From NCBI GenBank assembly GCA_048013815.1, contig CM106585.1:22134001-22198000 (forward strand): DNA of 64,000 nucleotides, read 5' to 3'. Shown in pieces: positions 1-12,081 of the stretch. How positions within the stretch are numbered: position 1 is the first letter of the stretch; every line of letters begins with the position of its first letter. This DNA comes from Setoptus koraiensis. Its lineage: Eukaryota; Animalia; Arthropoda. The notes beneath the pieces were generated by a model. That model did no database searches, was not told the origin of the DNA, and saw only the letters and a list, made by a program, of their open reading frames with translations. The translations under genes and the position numbers were made by a program.

Positions 1-3000
1 AGCTGCCGGATTATTGCCCGCTGCCGGGGACCCTACAAACAAACAGACAAACGAACGAACGACGAACGAGCGAGCGAGCGAACGACGAACGAGCGAGCGA
101 ACGAAACAAAATAACGCAAGCCAGCCAACCAAATTATATCTGGTTACGAGCCAAGTCGCTATCAGGGGAGATCCGCTGAGAAGCTACTGCCTGCGAGACA
201 ATAATATCTCTTGTTGCGTTAGACGTTGTTGGTGGAGGCGCAATGGACACACTGCGCGCTGTCTACGAGACTCTGCCGCTGTTGTTGCTGCGCCCTCCTT
301 GGGGGTGGCGCCCAGCTCGATGGGAGTCGCCCCGTCGGCAAGCCGGCTGCCACTTGTTGCCAGTGCTGAGAAACAATCGCTAATGTTTGTTTTAAGCGGC
401 CACTGGCGCGAATAATCAGCAAACAACAAGCGAATTCGCACCACGATCGAGAAGAACGAGCGTCTATTCTGCGAGCACGAGCTACGCTATCTCTCTCGCA
501 ATCTCGGCTCTCAATCTCGCAATCTCAGCGCTCACATCGTACCAGTGTCTCGCTCTTGCATCGCTCAGCCTGACTATACTCAAACTGTGGGCCGCGAAAG
601 AACGAGCAGCCTCGAAGCCGAGTATTATCCGAGGCTTGCAAGCTGCAACAAACACCGTGTGTAGGCTTGCCGGGCCGCGCAATACGCGCCCTGGCTCGTC
701 TCAGAACGCGAGACGCCCGCGTACCTGAGCCAACCACTTCCTTTTACGTTCTGTCGACGTTATGGGGACATGCTCGCAGAAGACAAACGCTTGCGATATC
801 GCAGTGTCTCGCTCGACTCAGCGGGGGCGACAAACCCGCCACCGGCCGACACACAGGTGAGCTGAGACGAGAATAACAATGGAGCGCGAAAATACTTTTG
901 TGCGATGCTTTTGTGCGATACTTTTGTGCGATACTTTTGTGAGACAGGGCCAACAAGACACGCAGACAGTTGTTTCAGTCTGACTTTTGATCGTTCGTTC
1001 GGGTCATTTCGACAACGGCCGCGCAGATACTGCGACAAGTTGGCGAAACAATTGCCGACAATTGTAATTATTGTGTTATTCTAATTCCAATAATTCCGCG
1101 TCGTTGTTTGTCTGTCCGACCGTCGAGTCGGCTCACGATTACATATTCGGCTTGTATGCTATTTATCATATTGGCACTTATATAACTTTATATCAGTCTC
1201 GCTTCTGATTAGCTCTTGTGGGCGCTCATTAAGTTTAAGTGAGCAAGTTGTTGTTGCTGCCGCCGCCACCATCATCATCATCTAGAATCATCGTCGTAAA
1301 CGGCGCCCTGTAAGTGCCGGCCGGCGAGATAATGAGAAAGTTGTCAGTGCCAATTGCATTATAGATCAAGAGAGACTGTTGGCAGCGGCCAATCAGCTGG
1401 TGTTGGCCGGCGCTTAAAATTGAGAATTGGTTCGTTGATTAGTCTGCAGTTACGTTATCATTACGTCACTTGTGACTGTTGTATTGAACGAACACAGAAA
1501 CTCTTAAAACGAATGAATTCATTTATATTTCAAACTGACACTACAGTTAAACTAACGGACGTGCTCTATCTCATCATGCAAAAGCATAACGTTCGCCCAT
1601 GACGTTTGCCCAGCTCACCTGTGTGTGCTCGCTTGTATTTGCGGATAGTTGAGAATGCAATCAACATTGTCCATGGCTCACTCATCTCGCTCTGTTGTGT
1701 TGGTATAAAATATAAAATAAGCCAGTTTGAGTTTATCTCTTTCTTCTTCGTCTTCACCTGCGACTCTCGTGTTGCTCTATCCTGAGCGCTTATTCCAGCT
1801 TGGCCAGCGACCAGCAGCGTGCAGTATGAATTGTTCTCACCACAGTCTGTGCATATTGTATATGTGGTTGGATAAAAAGAGACAGATCAAGCGAGAGAGA
1901 GAGAGAGATCAAGTTTATTGCATAATGAGAATAATAATAATCACACACATACACACACTAAACAGTGCGCTGATTAGGCCTGTCGCATGTCAATGATGCA
2001 ATATTTTTCCACTTATTCATCGTCGCACTTTCGAAGCTGATTGACATTCAAGCAAAAAATTCAACAGTCCAGACAATTGAGAGTTGAGCTGAGTTATGTA
2101 AGAGTCACTAGTTATTAAGAGGTGAGCAACTCGACATTGGACAGCGCTATCTGATTACAGCAATTCAATATACGCCAGCCAATTGACTTTATAAAACGCC
2201 ATTGATATCTACATTGGCCGGTTCATTGGTTACTGCACTAACGGCTAATGCCACTCGACAGGTGACGAACGACGCCAACAACAACAACAACAACAGCAGC
2301 ACGCTCTAACATATGTTTGCTGTAATCGTGTCTAATCACGTAATCAATGGCGATTCCATAAATAAGTCATAATATCACTGCAACGAGACAAAGTGCACGT
2401 CGCACCAAGCTCGAGGAAACTGGCCACCAGGGGCATGGCATTACGGTTCGGGTCACACCAACCCATGAGCGTATTATAGCCGCGTATTATACGCGTTTTA
2501 TATTTCGCTGGCCCATCTATTCGCGCTTGGATATCGCCATAAAGTTGATATCAAGTTGATATCAAGTTGATATATCAACAATCAAATTGCGCGAGATAGT
2601 TGTAAAAGAGCGCAACTAACTCATGACCGCTGATCTCAGCTGGCAATCGCAACAACTGGCCCACAAAAATCAACAACGGCAACAACAACGACGGCAACAA
2701 CAGCAACGACAGCCACAACGACGCCAACTTGTTCGTGGTCTGGCCGCTCGCTGATTGGTTTATAACGTGATTATTTGTAAAATCTGGGTCTTGCCCAGCG
2801 GTGAGACGGCGACGCGTCGGCGATGGAGCAGAAAACAGTAACAATTATGTATATTTTGAAACTCGATTGAATGCTCGCCGGCAGCTCCATTACAACGCCT
2901 AGCCATATTTTAGTTATGCAGCCATAGTTACATGATACGATGATGATTTCTCTCCAGATTTTGATTGTTACCACCATTGGCACTAGCATTCGCTATTAGC

Positions 3001-6000
3001 TGTTAGCTGTTAGCTGGTCTGGTGGGTCCACTGGCCAGCCAGCCAGCCAGCTATTACACTGTGCCGACTGCTGTTCGACTATCCGCTTGACCAGTCTGCA
3101 TGTGTCCCGCCAGACTGGTCAAGCGGTAGACAAATTCGAGCAGCGTGCAAAAGATGTGCCAATCGCCAGCGAGACTACAGAGTAGATAATAGATTGGCTC
3201 AACGGTCACAAACAAATCGGACAGGCCACTCGCAAGCCAATGGGAACAATTGACTTGAGAGCAACAGCAATTGATCGGTGCCACGCAAACAAATCGGCGA
3301 CTACCTGTTGGTGTCGCCTTTCCGTTAGTTTGCGTGGCGCCTAACTTGTGCACAAAATTGTGTTGGCCAATTCGGCGAGATTAGCTGAATTGGCCGACAC
3401 AAAGGTGAGAGAGTGATGACGCTGATTATTACTATCATGATTATTACTTTACTGCAGGCTTTGCACACAAGCGAGCATAACCGGGCAGCAATTTTTTCGG
3501 TTCAAAACTTGCCGAAACTTGTCGCCCTCTCACATACAGTGCGAATCATTTTGCGATGGCGTGTCGATAAACGATGATGACTTTTACAAGATATCAAATT
3601 CAATAAATAATGATAACACTTTGCTCATGATTGGGCCTGAAACTGGCCGAAACTCACACTTGTCAGACCGCGCTGGCACTCTGTCCAACGGTATTGCTGA
3701 CAGGCCAGAGTATTGCTGACCGACCAGAGTTTTGCTGACCGGCCAGAGTGTAGTGGCCGGCAAGACTGTGGCGAGCGAGCGTAGATGGAGCAAGCATGCA
3801 CACAGTTGGTCATGCCAGATAATGAGATAAGTCGGCGATCTAGGCGCCACCAGCACAACTGATACAAGGCGCGAGTGAAGGGGTTCAAACTCAATAATTT
3901 ACTCTCACTTGACATTCATAATTCAATGAAGCCGCAGTCGTTGCCAGCGAAATGGAAAGTGATTGATGAGGATTACTGGTTGTGCGAGTCTGAGCGACCA
4001 ACGACTAACGGTTCGTCCTCACTTGAACGTGACCCAATCAGGCCACAAGCGACCGCGCCGTTCCTCTAGCGAGGAAGTGATAGATTTGCTCAATCACCTG
4101 TTGCTGTTGTTGCTGTTGTCGCTGTTGTCGCTGCTGTTGTTGTCGCTGCTGTCGTTGGTGGTGTTGGCGTTGGTGCTGTTATTCAAACGTTGCAGTTGCC
4201 GTCCGACAACAACTGCAATGTTTGCCAAATCTACGGTAAGCGGCGCCAAAATGACAGCGATTGAACAAGTTTTGCCGCTCGTCGATGGCTTCAAGCCTCA
4301 CCTAACAGCCTATCCAAATAAAACAATGTTTGGCTAGCCAAAGGTGAGCCACAGGTGTGAGTGTGTGTGGCCAAGCGTCACTTGTCAACTGTCTTACGGT
4401 CAACCGATAGTCGATTATGGCCGGCTAAACGCTGCCGACACAAACAACAATGACACTGTCCGCTGTCGGACAAAATAAACATATCTCAATAGTTGATGGT
4501 CAAGTGAGAAATAGCAATGAACTCTCAGCATTGAACGGGCACAGTGCACAGTTTTGGCCAGTTTCTCTCTCTCTCTCTCTCTCGCTCCGTCTCTTCCGAC
4601 GAAACCCTTTGTGTGTTATTAGATAATCACTCGGTCAGTTTAAACGCACTTGGCCGTTGTTTGGCCACTTAGTCGCTCGCAACCAAATAGACCCACTCAA
4701 TGGAATTAGCACAATTAGCATATCTAATAGCTTGACTGATGTCATTTGATCTCAATTCAATTGTTGCTATTGTTCATCAAGATCTCGACACACAAACAAT
4801 GTGAGTGGAGATCTCGTTCAAGCGACGCTCGTTATCTCCACTCATCCAGTCTCCAGTGGCAGCGAGAATCATCTCGCTGGCAAGCCAACGCCGCTTCTAT
4901 TTTGACAACCCCAAACACAAGCAGGTTAATGATCCCAAAGATTTATCTGTTACTTGCAACGCCAACATTCAGCTGGCACCTAGACTCGCTGTTTTTCGCT
5001 GTTGTTTGTTGTGTGCTCTCCCTCGCTAACTCTCTCTGACAATTGTGTGAGCGCCCAACAACAACGTCAACACAAACAACAACAAACAAGACGATTCTTT
5101 ATATTCACACCGTCAAATCGGTCGTGTTTTGCTTCGTGCAACGCGCGCAACAGGTGATTGGCTAACGCTTAAAATGAATCAATTACTTGGATAAGATCGT
5201 TGCTGTTGGGCAAGCAAGCGCAACAAATAATTCACGCTAATAATACATGTTGTAATATCACTGTGTGTCGTATCGCTCGCTCGCTCTCTCGCTTGTTTAC
5301 TTGTTCTTTATTGGCCTAATAACGATTACAATTACATAACAACTCCCACTCTGCGTAAGTGTGTTAGATTAACACGTAAGCGCCAAAACGACTTTGTTAC
5401 GACGACTTTATGCTGTTATGCGGCCGGTGCGTATCTTGCAACTGGCAACCGATTTGGATAAGGCACCTACAAATGGTTGGCCGACTTGCAAGTCGGCAAG
5501 GCTGGCAGAGCGGCGCACGTTCAACTATTATTGAAATAGTATTATTGCGAGACAAGGAATTGAGACAACCTTGACCAAACAATGAAATCGCTTTCTCGTC
5601 TTCTCTCGTCTCAAACTTGTTGACTCGAATACTAGTGCAACTGCATTAGCCTCACAATATAATCAACATGTGAGCAGCAACAACGACAACACCAACGACG
5701 GCAACAAACAAATGAGAAACCTGCTAATTAAAAGACAGATGACAACAACACAGGCTGGATTGCGTAATATTAAGTGGAGAGCGCGTACAAAGAAGGCGAA
5801 AAGAAGAAAAAAAAATGATTGTTTGCATAACGTTTTGCGAAGAACAACAAGCGTTTTGGGTGCCATTATTCTATTATTTGTAGTTTGGCGATCCAACGCT
5901 CTGGAGGTCTGACAACAACATAAAAAATAGCGAAAAACACTTGCTGCTCGGTGAATCAAAACGGAGAACGAATGACCCCTGCCACGATACGTTCACTTGG

Positions 6001-6036
6001 CTCACTTCATGAACAACTTGGGACCATAATTGTCTG

Positions 6037-6042
6037 GTTGTT

Positions 6043-6140
<98 letters not shown>

Positions 6141-6215
6141 CGTTGTCGTCGTTGTCGTCGTTGTCGTCGTTGTCGTCGTTGTTGTCGTTGCTGTCGTTGC
6201 TGTCGTTGCTGTCGC
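6037..6215. repeat. Compound microsatellite (GTTGTC)n grading into (GTCGTCGTT)n and (GTCGTTGCT)n
   Basis: Read directly; it produces the spurious poly-LS and poly-CR ORFs at 5951-6269. Confidence 0.95.
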
Positions 6216-6314
6216 TGCCGTTGGCGGTTAGGTACTTTCGTTGTTTCGTTATGGATTAGCGGATTATGATTGTGTTATCTTTCCATTCCGCTCTCCTGCT
6301 TACTTTGTTGTTTT

Positions 6315-6814
6315 NNNNNNNNNNNNNNNNNNNNNNNNNNNNNNNNNNNNNNNNNNNNNNNNNNNNNNNNNNNNNNNNNNNNNNNNNNNNNNNNNNNNNN
6401 NNNNNNNNNNNNNNNNNNNNNNNNNNNNNNNNNNNNNNNNNNNNNNNNNNNNNNNNNNNNNNNNNNNNNNNNNNNNNNNNNNNNNNNNNNNNNNNNNNNN
6501 NNNNNNNNNNNNNNNNNNNNNNNNNNNNNNNNNNNNNNNNNNNNNNNNNNNNNNNNNNNNNNNNNNNNNNNNNNNNNNNNNNNNNNNNNNNNNNNNNNNN
6601 NNNNNNNNNNNNNNNNNNNNNNNNNNNNNNNNNNNNNNNNNNNNNNNNNNNNNNNNNNNNNNNNNNNNNNNNNNNNNNNNNNNNNNNNNNNNNNNNNNNN
6701 NNNNNNNNNNNNNNNNNNNNNNNNNNNNNNNNNNNNNNNNNNNNNNNNNNNNNNNNNNNNNNNNNNNNNNNNNNNNNNNNNNNNNNNNNNNNNNNNNNNN
6801 NNNNNNNNNNNNNN
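6315..6814. other. Assembly gap (500 N)
   Basis: Run of N; ORFs crossing it are artefacts. Confidence 1.
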
Positions 6815-7014
6815 TTTTAGGTTTTGAATTGAACTAACTCTCTTTATTATAAGTAGTAGTATATATATAAGAAAAACATAGTCACAGAGTTAGCACACTA
6901 TTGTGTGTTAAGAAAAGCCGTTGGAACACGCGGTTCCATTGCGTTGCTCTCAGTAGATGCAATAATGTGGTGCACGCTGGTTAGAGCGGGCAATATAAAA
7001 TTGTATATCTAACA
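6815..7014 (-). repeat. 3' LTR (200 bp) of the copia element
   Basis: Base-by-base identical to 11120-11319. The minus strand starts TGTTAGATATAC and ends CAAAACCTAAAA, with AATAAA at 6843-6848 (minus). It abuts the gap. Confidence 0.95.
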
Positions 7015-7027
7015 CTCCCACTCAATT
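7015..7027 (-). promoter_or_regulatory. Polypurine tract (PPT)
   Basis: Minus strand AATTGAGTGGGAG lies directly before the TGTT of the 3' LTR and directly after the ORF stop. Confidence 0.85.
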
Positions 7028-10000
7028 TTATATATCCAATTTTTGCATGTTTAATAGTTCTCTAATTTTAAAGAACTGTTGTTTCGCCAATGCCTTGGTT
7101 AAGATATCGGCGAGCTGATCGTTAGTAGAAACGTATTTAGCATCAATGGTTCCATTATTCTTCTGTTCTTGAAGGAAATGAAATTTTATAGCAATGTGTT
7201 TGGTCTTTCGGTTGAAGTGACCGCTGTTGACCAGGTTCAGAGCACTTTGATTGTCTATATAGAGTGGTATAGCTTCATTAGTGTCGTTACGTAACTCCTT
7301 CATCAATTGACGTAACCAAATAGCTTCTCTAGTAGCCATACAAGCTGCTACGAACTCAGCTTCGCAAGTTGACAACGTCACCATTGATTGTTTCTGGCTT
7401 TTCCAGATTACAGGTGCATTGCCATAATTGAATAAATATCCGGTTGTTGATCTTCTAGTGTCTGGGTCACCGGCAAAGTCGGAATCACAATAGCTGATCA
7501 ATTTGTTCGAGTCACTGTGGCTCCCACTGTAGGTTATACCGATGTCAATGGACCCCTTGAGGTATCTCATCAGTCTCTTAACTGCTGACCAGTGGCTTTG
7601 GTCTGGATTGTTGTTGAATTGACTCAACACTCCCACTGCAAAGGATATATCCGGTCTAGTTCCGACCATTAGATACATTAGGCAGCCAACTGCCTCTCTG
7701 TAGGGAAAATCTTCTTGTTGGTTGCTTTGTATGTTCTTTGTCAGTGTTGTGCCACATACGATTGGTGTCGAAACTGCATGACAATCATTCATTTTGAATT
7801 TTATGAGAAGATTCTCAATGTAAGTCTTCTGGTGAATCGTTATCTTCTTCTCAGGTCTATTACGTAATATCTGTAGCCCGAGGTAACAGTTTGGTGCCAT
7901 CTGTTTGACCTCCAAATGATTACTTAGATGTTGTATGATCTGCTGCAGGTGTTCTTTGTCAGAACTACAGGCAAGGCCATCGTCAACGTAGATCATAATT
8001 ATAGTTCTTCTTTGATCTGTTATGTCATAGAACACACACGGGTCTGCAGTGCATGGCTTCAGGTTGAACTGCTCAAGAAAACTTGTGAACTTCCGGTTCC
8101 ACATTCTAGAGGCTTGTTTAAGGCCGTAGAGGCTCTTGTTGAGACGACAGACCAAGTTCTTGTCCGTTACGTAACCTTCTGGTTGCGTCATATATAACTC
8201 TTCGTCGAGCTCTCCATAGAGAAACGCAGTCTTTATGTCGAATTGGATGATTTCGAGATCATAGACTGCACACATCGAGAGAACCAATCGAATCGACTCC
8301 ATCTTCACGACAGGTGAATATGTTTCGTCATAATCTATACCTTGGCGTTGCGAATAGCCTTTCGCAACTAATCTTGCCTTGAATCGATCGATCTCACCTT
8401 TGTCATCTCTCTTGATTTTGTAGACCCACCTGTTTTGTATGGGTTTGCGGCCTTGTGGAAGTGGTACTAGCGTCCATGTCTGGTTACGTAATAATGATTC
8501 ATACTCGTCTTTCATCGCTAGCTTCCATTCATTAGCTTGTGAGTTGCTTATTGCGTCTTGGTATGTTAGTGGCTCATCCAAGTCAGCAATCAAAGCGCTG
8601 TCTTCTATTGGTTGACGTCTCGGTCTAAGTTCGTACGCCTCACGTTCTATTGGTTGTCTGAAATTTCTTCTTTGTTGATCTTGATCGACTGTTGAGACTT
8701 CTCTTGCTTGATTCACAACAGGTGGACTGTTTTCTTCAGCATCCATGTATCTTGAATCATCATCTGTCTCAATCGCATAGTCTAGTTGATTATTAATTAG
8801 AGTTCTGTCTCCTTCAAAAGAATCATTTTGTTCGTCTGTCTCTTCATCTGTCGATATACTAATGATATGCTGAACGGTACTTTGATCACTCACATTATAT
8901 AATTCCTTCTCATTGAAAATGGCCTCACGACTAATTATGATTTGTCGGTGAGTTACATCGAAGAATCTGTATGTGTTTACCCTATCTGTATAGCCTACGA
9001 ATGCAACCTTTCTTGTATGGCTGTCAAGCTTCTTTCTGAATTGTTTATGAATCAATAGATACGCTGTGCAACCGAAAATCTTAAGGTGCTTCAATGAAGG
9101 TTTGACACCGAACCACATCTCATGCGGTGTTGAATTAGGTGTTCTCTTACAAGTGATTCTATTCAAAGTGTAAGCAGCATTACTGACTGCCTCAGCCCAT
9201 AGATAATTAGGCAAATTAGCATGTTTCAACATAGATCGAGCAGCTTCCATCAGGACTCTATTCTCTCTCTCGACTACTCCATTCTGTTCTGGAGTGTATG
9301 CTGCGGTGAGATGATGTTCTATACCGTTTTCTATTAGGTAACTTGCGAATTCTTTGCTTGTATATTCACCACCGTTATCACTTCTCAGGTGTTGAATTCT
9401 GTTCGAAGTATCGTTGAATGTCTTGCTTCTAAATTGTTTGAATTTGTCAAGAGCTTCGCTTTTGTTCTTCATGAAATAGATTTGACGGTATCTACTATAC
9501 TCGTCTTTGAATACTATGTAATATTTACTTCCGCTTAGAGATGCTATGTTAACGACACCGACGTCTGTATGTATGTACTGACCAGGTTTACTTATTTTTA
9601 GGTCAGATGCATGTCTGAAGCTGAGTTTGTGGTGCTTACCTTGTACACATCCTTCACAAAACTCATTAGCGTCATTAGATATAGTTAGGCCAGGTGTGTT
9701 GGATTTTGCCATCTCTTTAATTGTGTTGGTATTGACATGAGCAAGTCTTTTATGCCAAGTGGTCAATGGTTGCGCTATTCCTTCAGTGACCAGTGCTTCT
9801 TTGTTGATAATTGTCTTGAAAGACATTGTATAGAGCTTGCTATCGGTTTGTCTTCGTCTTCCAGTAGCTAGAGTTTCGTTGTCGACTGTTACGTCACACT
9901 TATCAGCATGTAAAGTGACCACAGCTCCATTATCTGCTGCACAACCAAACGAGAATAGGTTTCTCTTAAGATCAGGTACGTAAAGGACGTCATACATGGT

Positions 10001-10999
10001 TGCAGGGATAGTCCGATTATGCAATAAACTTTCAATCTTCACTTGACCCTTGCCCTCAGCAGTCAGTGTCTTTCCATCACCTATTCTTATTGGGTGATCA
10101 CTGTGGAATGGTTCGAAGTAGGTGAAGAATTCTCTATTGTTGCACATGTGAGCTGTTGCGCCAGAATCTCCTATCCATTGGTCTTGGTTGATTACCGAGG
10201 TAATGTTAGCTTCGGTTAAAAAGGCGACATCTCTTCGTTGTCCATTATTGTTCGACGGAGTTTGATTACGTTGGTTTCTGTCACTAATTCTTTTACGACA
10301 TTCTTTCCACCAGTGTCCGGTTTTCTTACAATAGGTGCAGCTTGAAGATTTCTTGCGATCATTTATTGAGTTACCATTGTCTTTTCTTTGTCGATTAGGT
10401 GTTGCGAGGAATGCTTCATTAGTGATATCGTCCGATCTATTATTATGTAATGTCTCTTCTTTTAATAGACGAGCTTCGAGATTGTCAAGTGTCTTGACGG
10501 TTTCAGAATCCCAAGCAGTTGTGAATGAACCGAATTTCGTTGGTAGGCTGAGTATAATCTTACACATGATATCTTCATCAGATCTTGTAACGTTGAGATC
10601 TTTTAATTGTTCAGCCAGATTTCTTACTTTGGATATATGTTCAGTTATTGAGTCTTTCTCATCCATTTTATATTCATAGAACTTCTGTAATAGAAGATGT
10701 TTGTTGAGAGTGGTCTTTTGTGCATGGTTAGCATCGAGCTTATCAAGAACCTCTTTTGCAGTGTTGCAAATCAAGATAGTATTCACTATTCTGTTCTCTA
10801 ATGAGTTAGCTATTATGGATTGGGCCTTTGCATCCCGTTGCATCCATTTGTTCAAAGCAGTTGGCTCTTCCGGTTTGATACATACACCGGTTGCTATATC
10901 ATAGAGGTCTTTTGAGGTTAATGCAAGCTTTATTTTGTATCGCCATGCCTGGTAGTCTTGACCAGCAAACTTTTCTATCTTGAAATTATCGTCTTCCAT
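7028..10999 (-). CDS. gag-pol: Copia Gag-Pol polyprotein, 1323 aa, intact
   Basis: Zn knuckle CTYCKKTGHWWKEC; protease WIGDSGATAHM; integrase HHCC (WHKRLAH...CEGC) and core (HTDV, SDNGGEY, QNGVVER); RT (QGIDYDETYSPV, DIKTAFLYG, YVDDGL); RNase H (YCDSDFAGD, EAEFVA, IDNQSA, DILTK). No stop or frameshift. Confidence 0.99.
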   Translation of the reverse strand: MEDDNFKIEKFAGQDYQAWRYKIKLALTSKDLYDIATGVCIKPEEPTALNKWMQRDAKAQSIIANSLENRIVNTILICNTAKEVLDKLDANHAQKTTLNKHLLLQKFYEYKMDEKDSITEHISKVRNLAEQLKDLNVTRSDEDIMCKIILSLPTKFGSFTTAWDSETVKTLDNLEARLLKEETLHNNRSDDITNEAFLATPNRQRKDNGNSINDRKKSSSCTYCKKTGHWWKECRKRISDRNQRNQTPSNNNGQRRDVAFLTEANITSVINQDQWIGDSGATAHMCNNREFFTYFEPFHSDHPIRIGDGKTLTAEGKGQVKIESLLHNRTIPATMYDVLYVPDLKRNLFSFGCAADNGAVVTLHADKCDVTVDNETLATGRRRQTDSKLYTMSFKTIINKEALVTEGIAQPLTTWHKRLAHVNTNTIKEMAKSNTPGLTISNDANEFCEGCVQGKHHKLSFRHASDLKISKPGQYIHTDVGVVNIASLSGSKYYIVFKDEYSRYRQIYFMKNKSEALDKFKQFRSKTFNDTSNRIQHLRSDNGGEYTSKEFASYLIENGIEHHLTAAYTPEQNGVVERENRVLMEAARSMLKHANLPNYLWAEAVSNAAYTLNRITCKRTPNSTPHEMWFGVKPSLKHLKIFGCTAYLLIHKQFRKKLDSHTRKVAFVGYTDRVNTYRFFDVTHRQIIISREAIFNEKELYNVSDQSTVQHIISISTDEETDEQNDSFEGDRTLINNQLDYAIETDDDSRYMDAEENSPPVVNQAREVSTVDQDQQRRNFRQPIEREAYELRPRRQPIEDSALIADLDEPLTYQDAISNSQANEWKLAMKDEYESLLRNQTWTLVPLPQGRKPIQNRWVYKIKRDDKGEIDRFKARLVAKGYSQRQGIDYDETYSPVVKMESIRLVLSMCAVYDLEIIQFDIKTAFLYGELDEELYMTQPEGYVTDKNLVCRLNKSLYGLKQASRMWNRKFTSFLEQFNLKPCTADPCVFYDITDQRRTIIMIYVDDGLACSSDKEHLQQIIQHLSNHLEVKQMAPNCYLGLQILRNRPEKKITIHQKTYIENLLIKFKMNDCHAVSTPIVCGTTLTKNIQSNQQEDFPYREAVGCLMYLMVGTRPDISFAVGVLSQFNNNPDQSHWSAVKRLMRYLKGSIDIGITYSGSHSDSNKLISYCDSDFAGDPDTRRSTTGYLFNYGNAPVIWKSQKQSMVTLSTCEAEFVAACMATREAIWLRQLMKELRNDTNEAIPLYIDNQSALNLVNSGHFNRKTKHIAIKFHFLQEQKNNGTIDAKYVSTNDQLADILTKALAKQQFFKIRELLNMQKLDI

Positions 11000-11106
11000 T
11001 TTTGGTTCGTTAATTAATTCTTCTCGTGTGAGAATCGAATTAATTTATTTTATCTTTATCTTAATTGGTAACAATTTGAGGTTAGTCAAAATTGTTGGAA
11101 TTGTGT

Positions 11107-11119
11107 TGGACCCATAACC
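11107..11119 (-). promoter_or_regulatory. Primer-binding site complementary to the anticodon arm of tRNA-iMet
   Basis: Minus strand GGTTATGGGTCCA directly follows the 5' LTR; the Drosophila copia PBS is GGTTATGGGCCCAG. Confidence 0.9.
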
Positions 11120-11319
11120 TTTTAGGTTTTGAATTGAACTAACTCTCTTTATTATAAGTAGTAGTATATATATAAGAAAAACATAGTCACAGAGTTAGCA
11201 CACTATTGTGTGTTAAGAAAAGCCGTTGGAACACGCGGTTCCATTGCGTTGCTCTCAGTAGATGCAATAATGTGGTGCACGCTGGTTAGAGCGGGCAATA
11301 TAAAATTGTATATCTAACA
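11120..11319 (-). repeat. 5' LTR (200 bp) of the copia element
   Basis: Identical to 6815-7014; bounded by the PBS internally and by unique flank GTTTAG externally. Confidence 0.97.
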
Positions 11320-12081
11320 GTTTAGTTGGACCTCTTTAACTTTAAGCTGACCTGCGGAGACTAGTTGGTATAATTGTTGAAACGATTTGTGCAAAAAAAA
11401 TCCAACTACATTAGATGATGACTAATGAGATGATCCGATATCGAAAACGAAACTTCTATCGATCAACCGAATAAATCCGACCATGAAATGTCCTTCTATG
11501 TCTGTCTAAGCTGATGATCGATGAAGACGATGTGTCCCTGCAACCAATTTTTGTCCTATTCCTATCTGAAAAGATATGCACAAGGAAGGACATTCTTATC
11601 TTCGCGAAATCGAGATACTTGTTTTATTTGAGATTTTATGATTTCTCAGGCGAATACTACTTGGAGAAATCTACTTGATGTTTACAACTCGCATTCGCGC
11701 CTCTTCGTGGTTATCATAACTTGGAATTGTCCTCTAGATTGATAATGTAAATTCATGCACTTTCCATTCGCATTGGGAAGATACAAATTATAATTTTCCA
11801 TTTATCTCTTACTCCCTCTCTTTCTCCCGCTCATAACAAGATGAAACGCTTTGCCGATGAAGGATAGCTGAATCAATTTTAATCAATCAGCGAGTTAGCA
11901 AACCGGGTTACCTTGTGAATGATAATCAGATGAAATTTTCAACGCATTTCCATGGTGCTTAATTTGTGTATTTCCAGCGACTTAGTGCGACATCTACCGG
12001 TAGACATACTAAATATTTTCGCCGATTAGTTCATTCGGCCAATGATTCGTGTTTCGGGGATGAGGGTGGTTATTGAAACGT

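Larger units (their letters stand above)
6815..11319 (-). mobile_element. Full-length Ty1/copia LTR retrotransposon with half-tRNA-type PBS
   Basis: Two identical 200-bp direct repeats flank one uninterrupted ORF in the copia order Gag-PR-IN-RT-RH; PBS and PPT lie next to the LTRs. Confidence 0.98.

Noticed and set aside
14-864. GC/CpG-rich stretch with one frame open except for two stops (KRIRTTIEKNERLF...; MLAEDKRLRY...)
   Set aside because: No recognisable domain, no convincing exon chain, and the window edge truncates the context.
1560-5950. Scattered strong donor-like sites (AG|GTGAG) and protein-like short frames on both strands
   Set aside because: I could not assemble a phase-consistent model with recognisable homology; RNA-seq is needed.
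6310-6820. Target-site duplication of the copia element (right flank GTTTA; pre-gap GTTTT)
   Set aside because: The left junction is inside the gap, so no TSD can be called. LTR identity could also be partly due to read collapse.
6241-6837. ORFs spanning the first N gap
   Set aside because: Translation of Ns; artefact.
7928-10904. Plus-strand ORFs inside the retrotransposon
   Set aside because: Antisense shadows of gag-pol with no env-like or other motifs.
11330-12050. AT-rich segment resembling decayed coding sequence
   Set aside because: Only short frames, and no motif I can assign.
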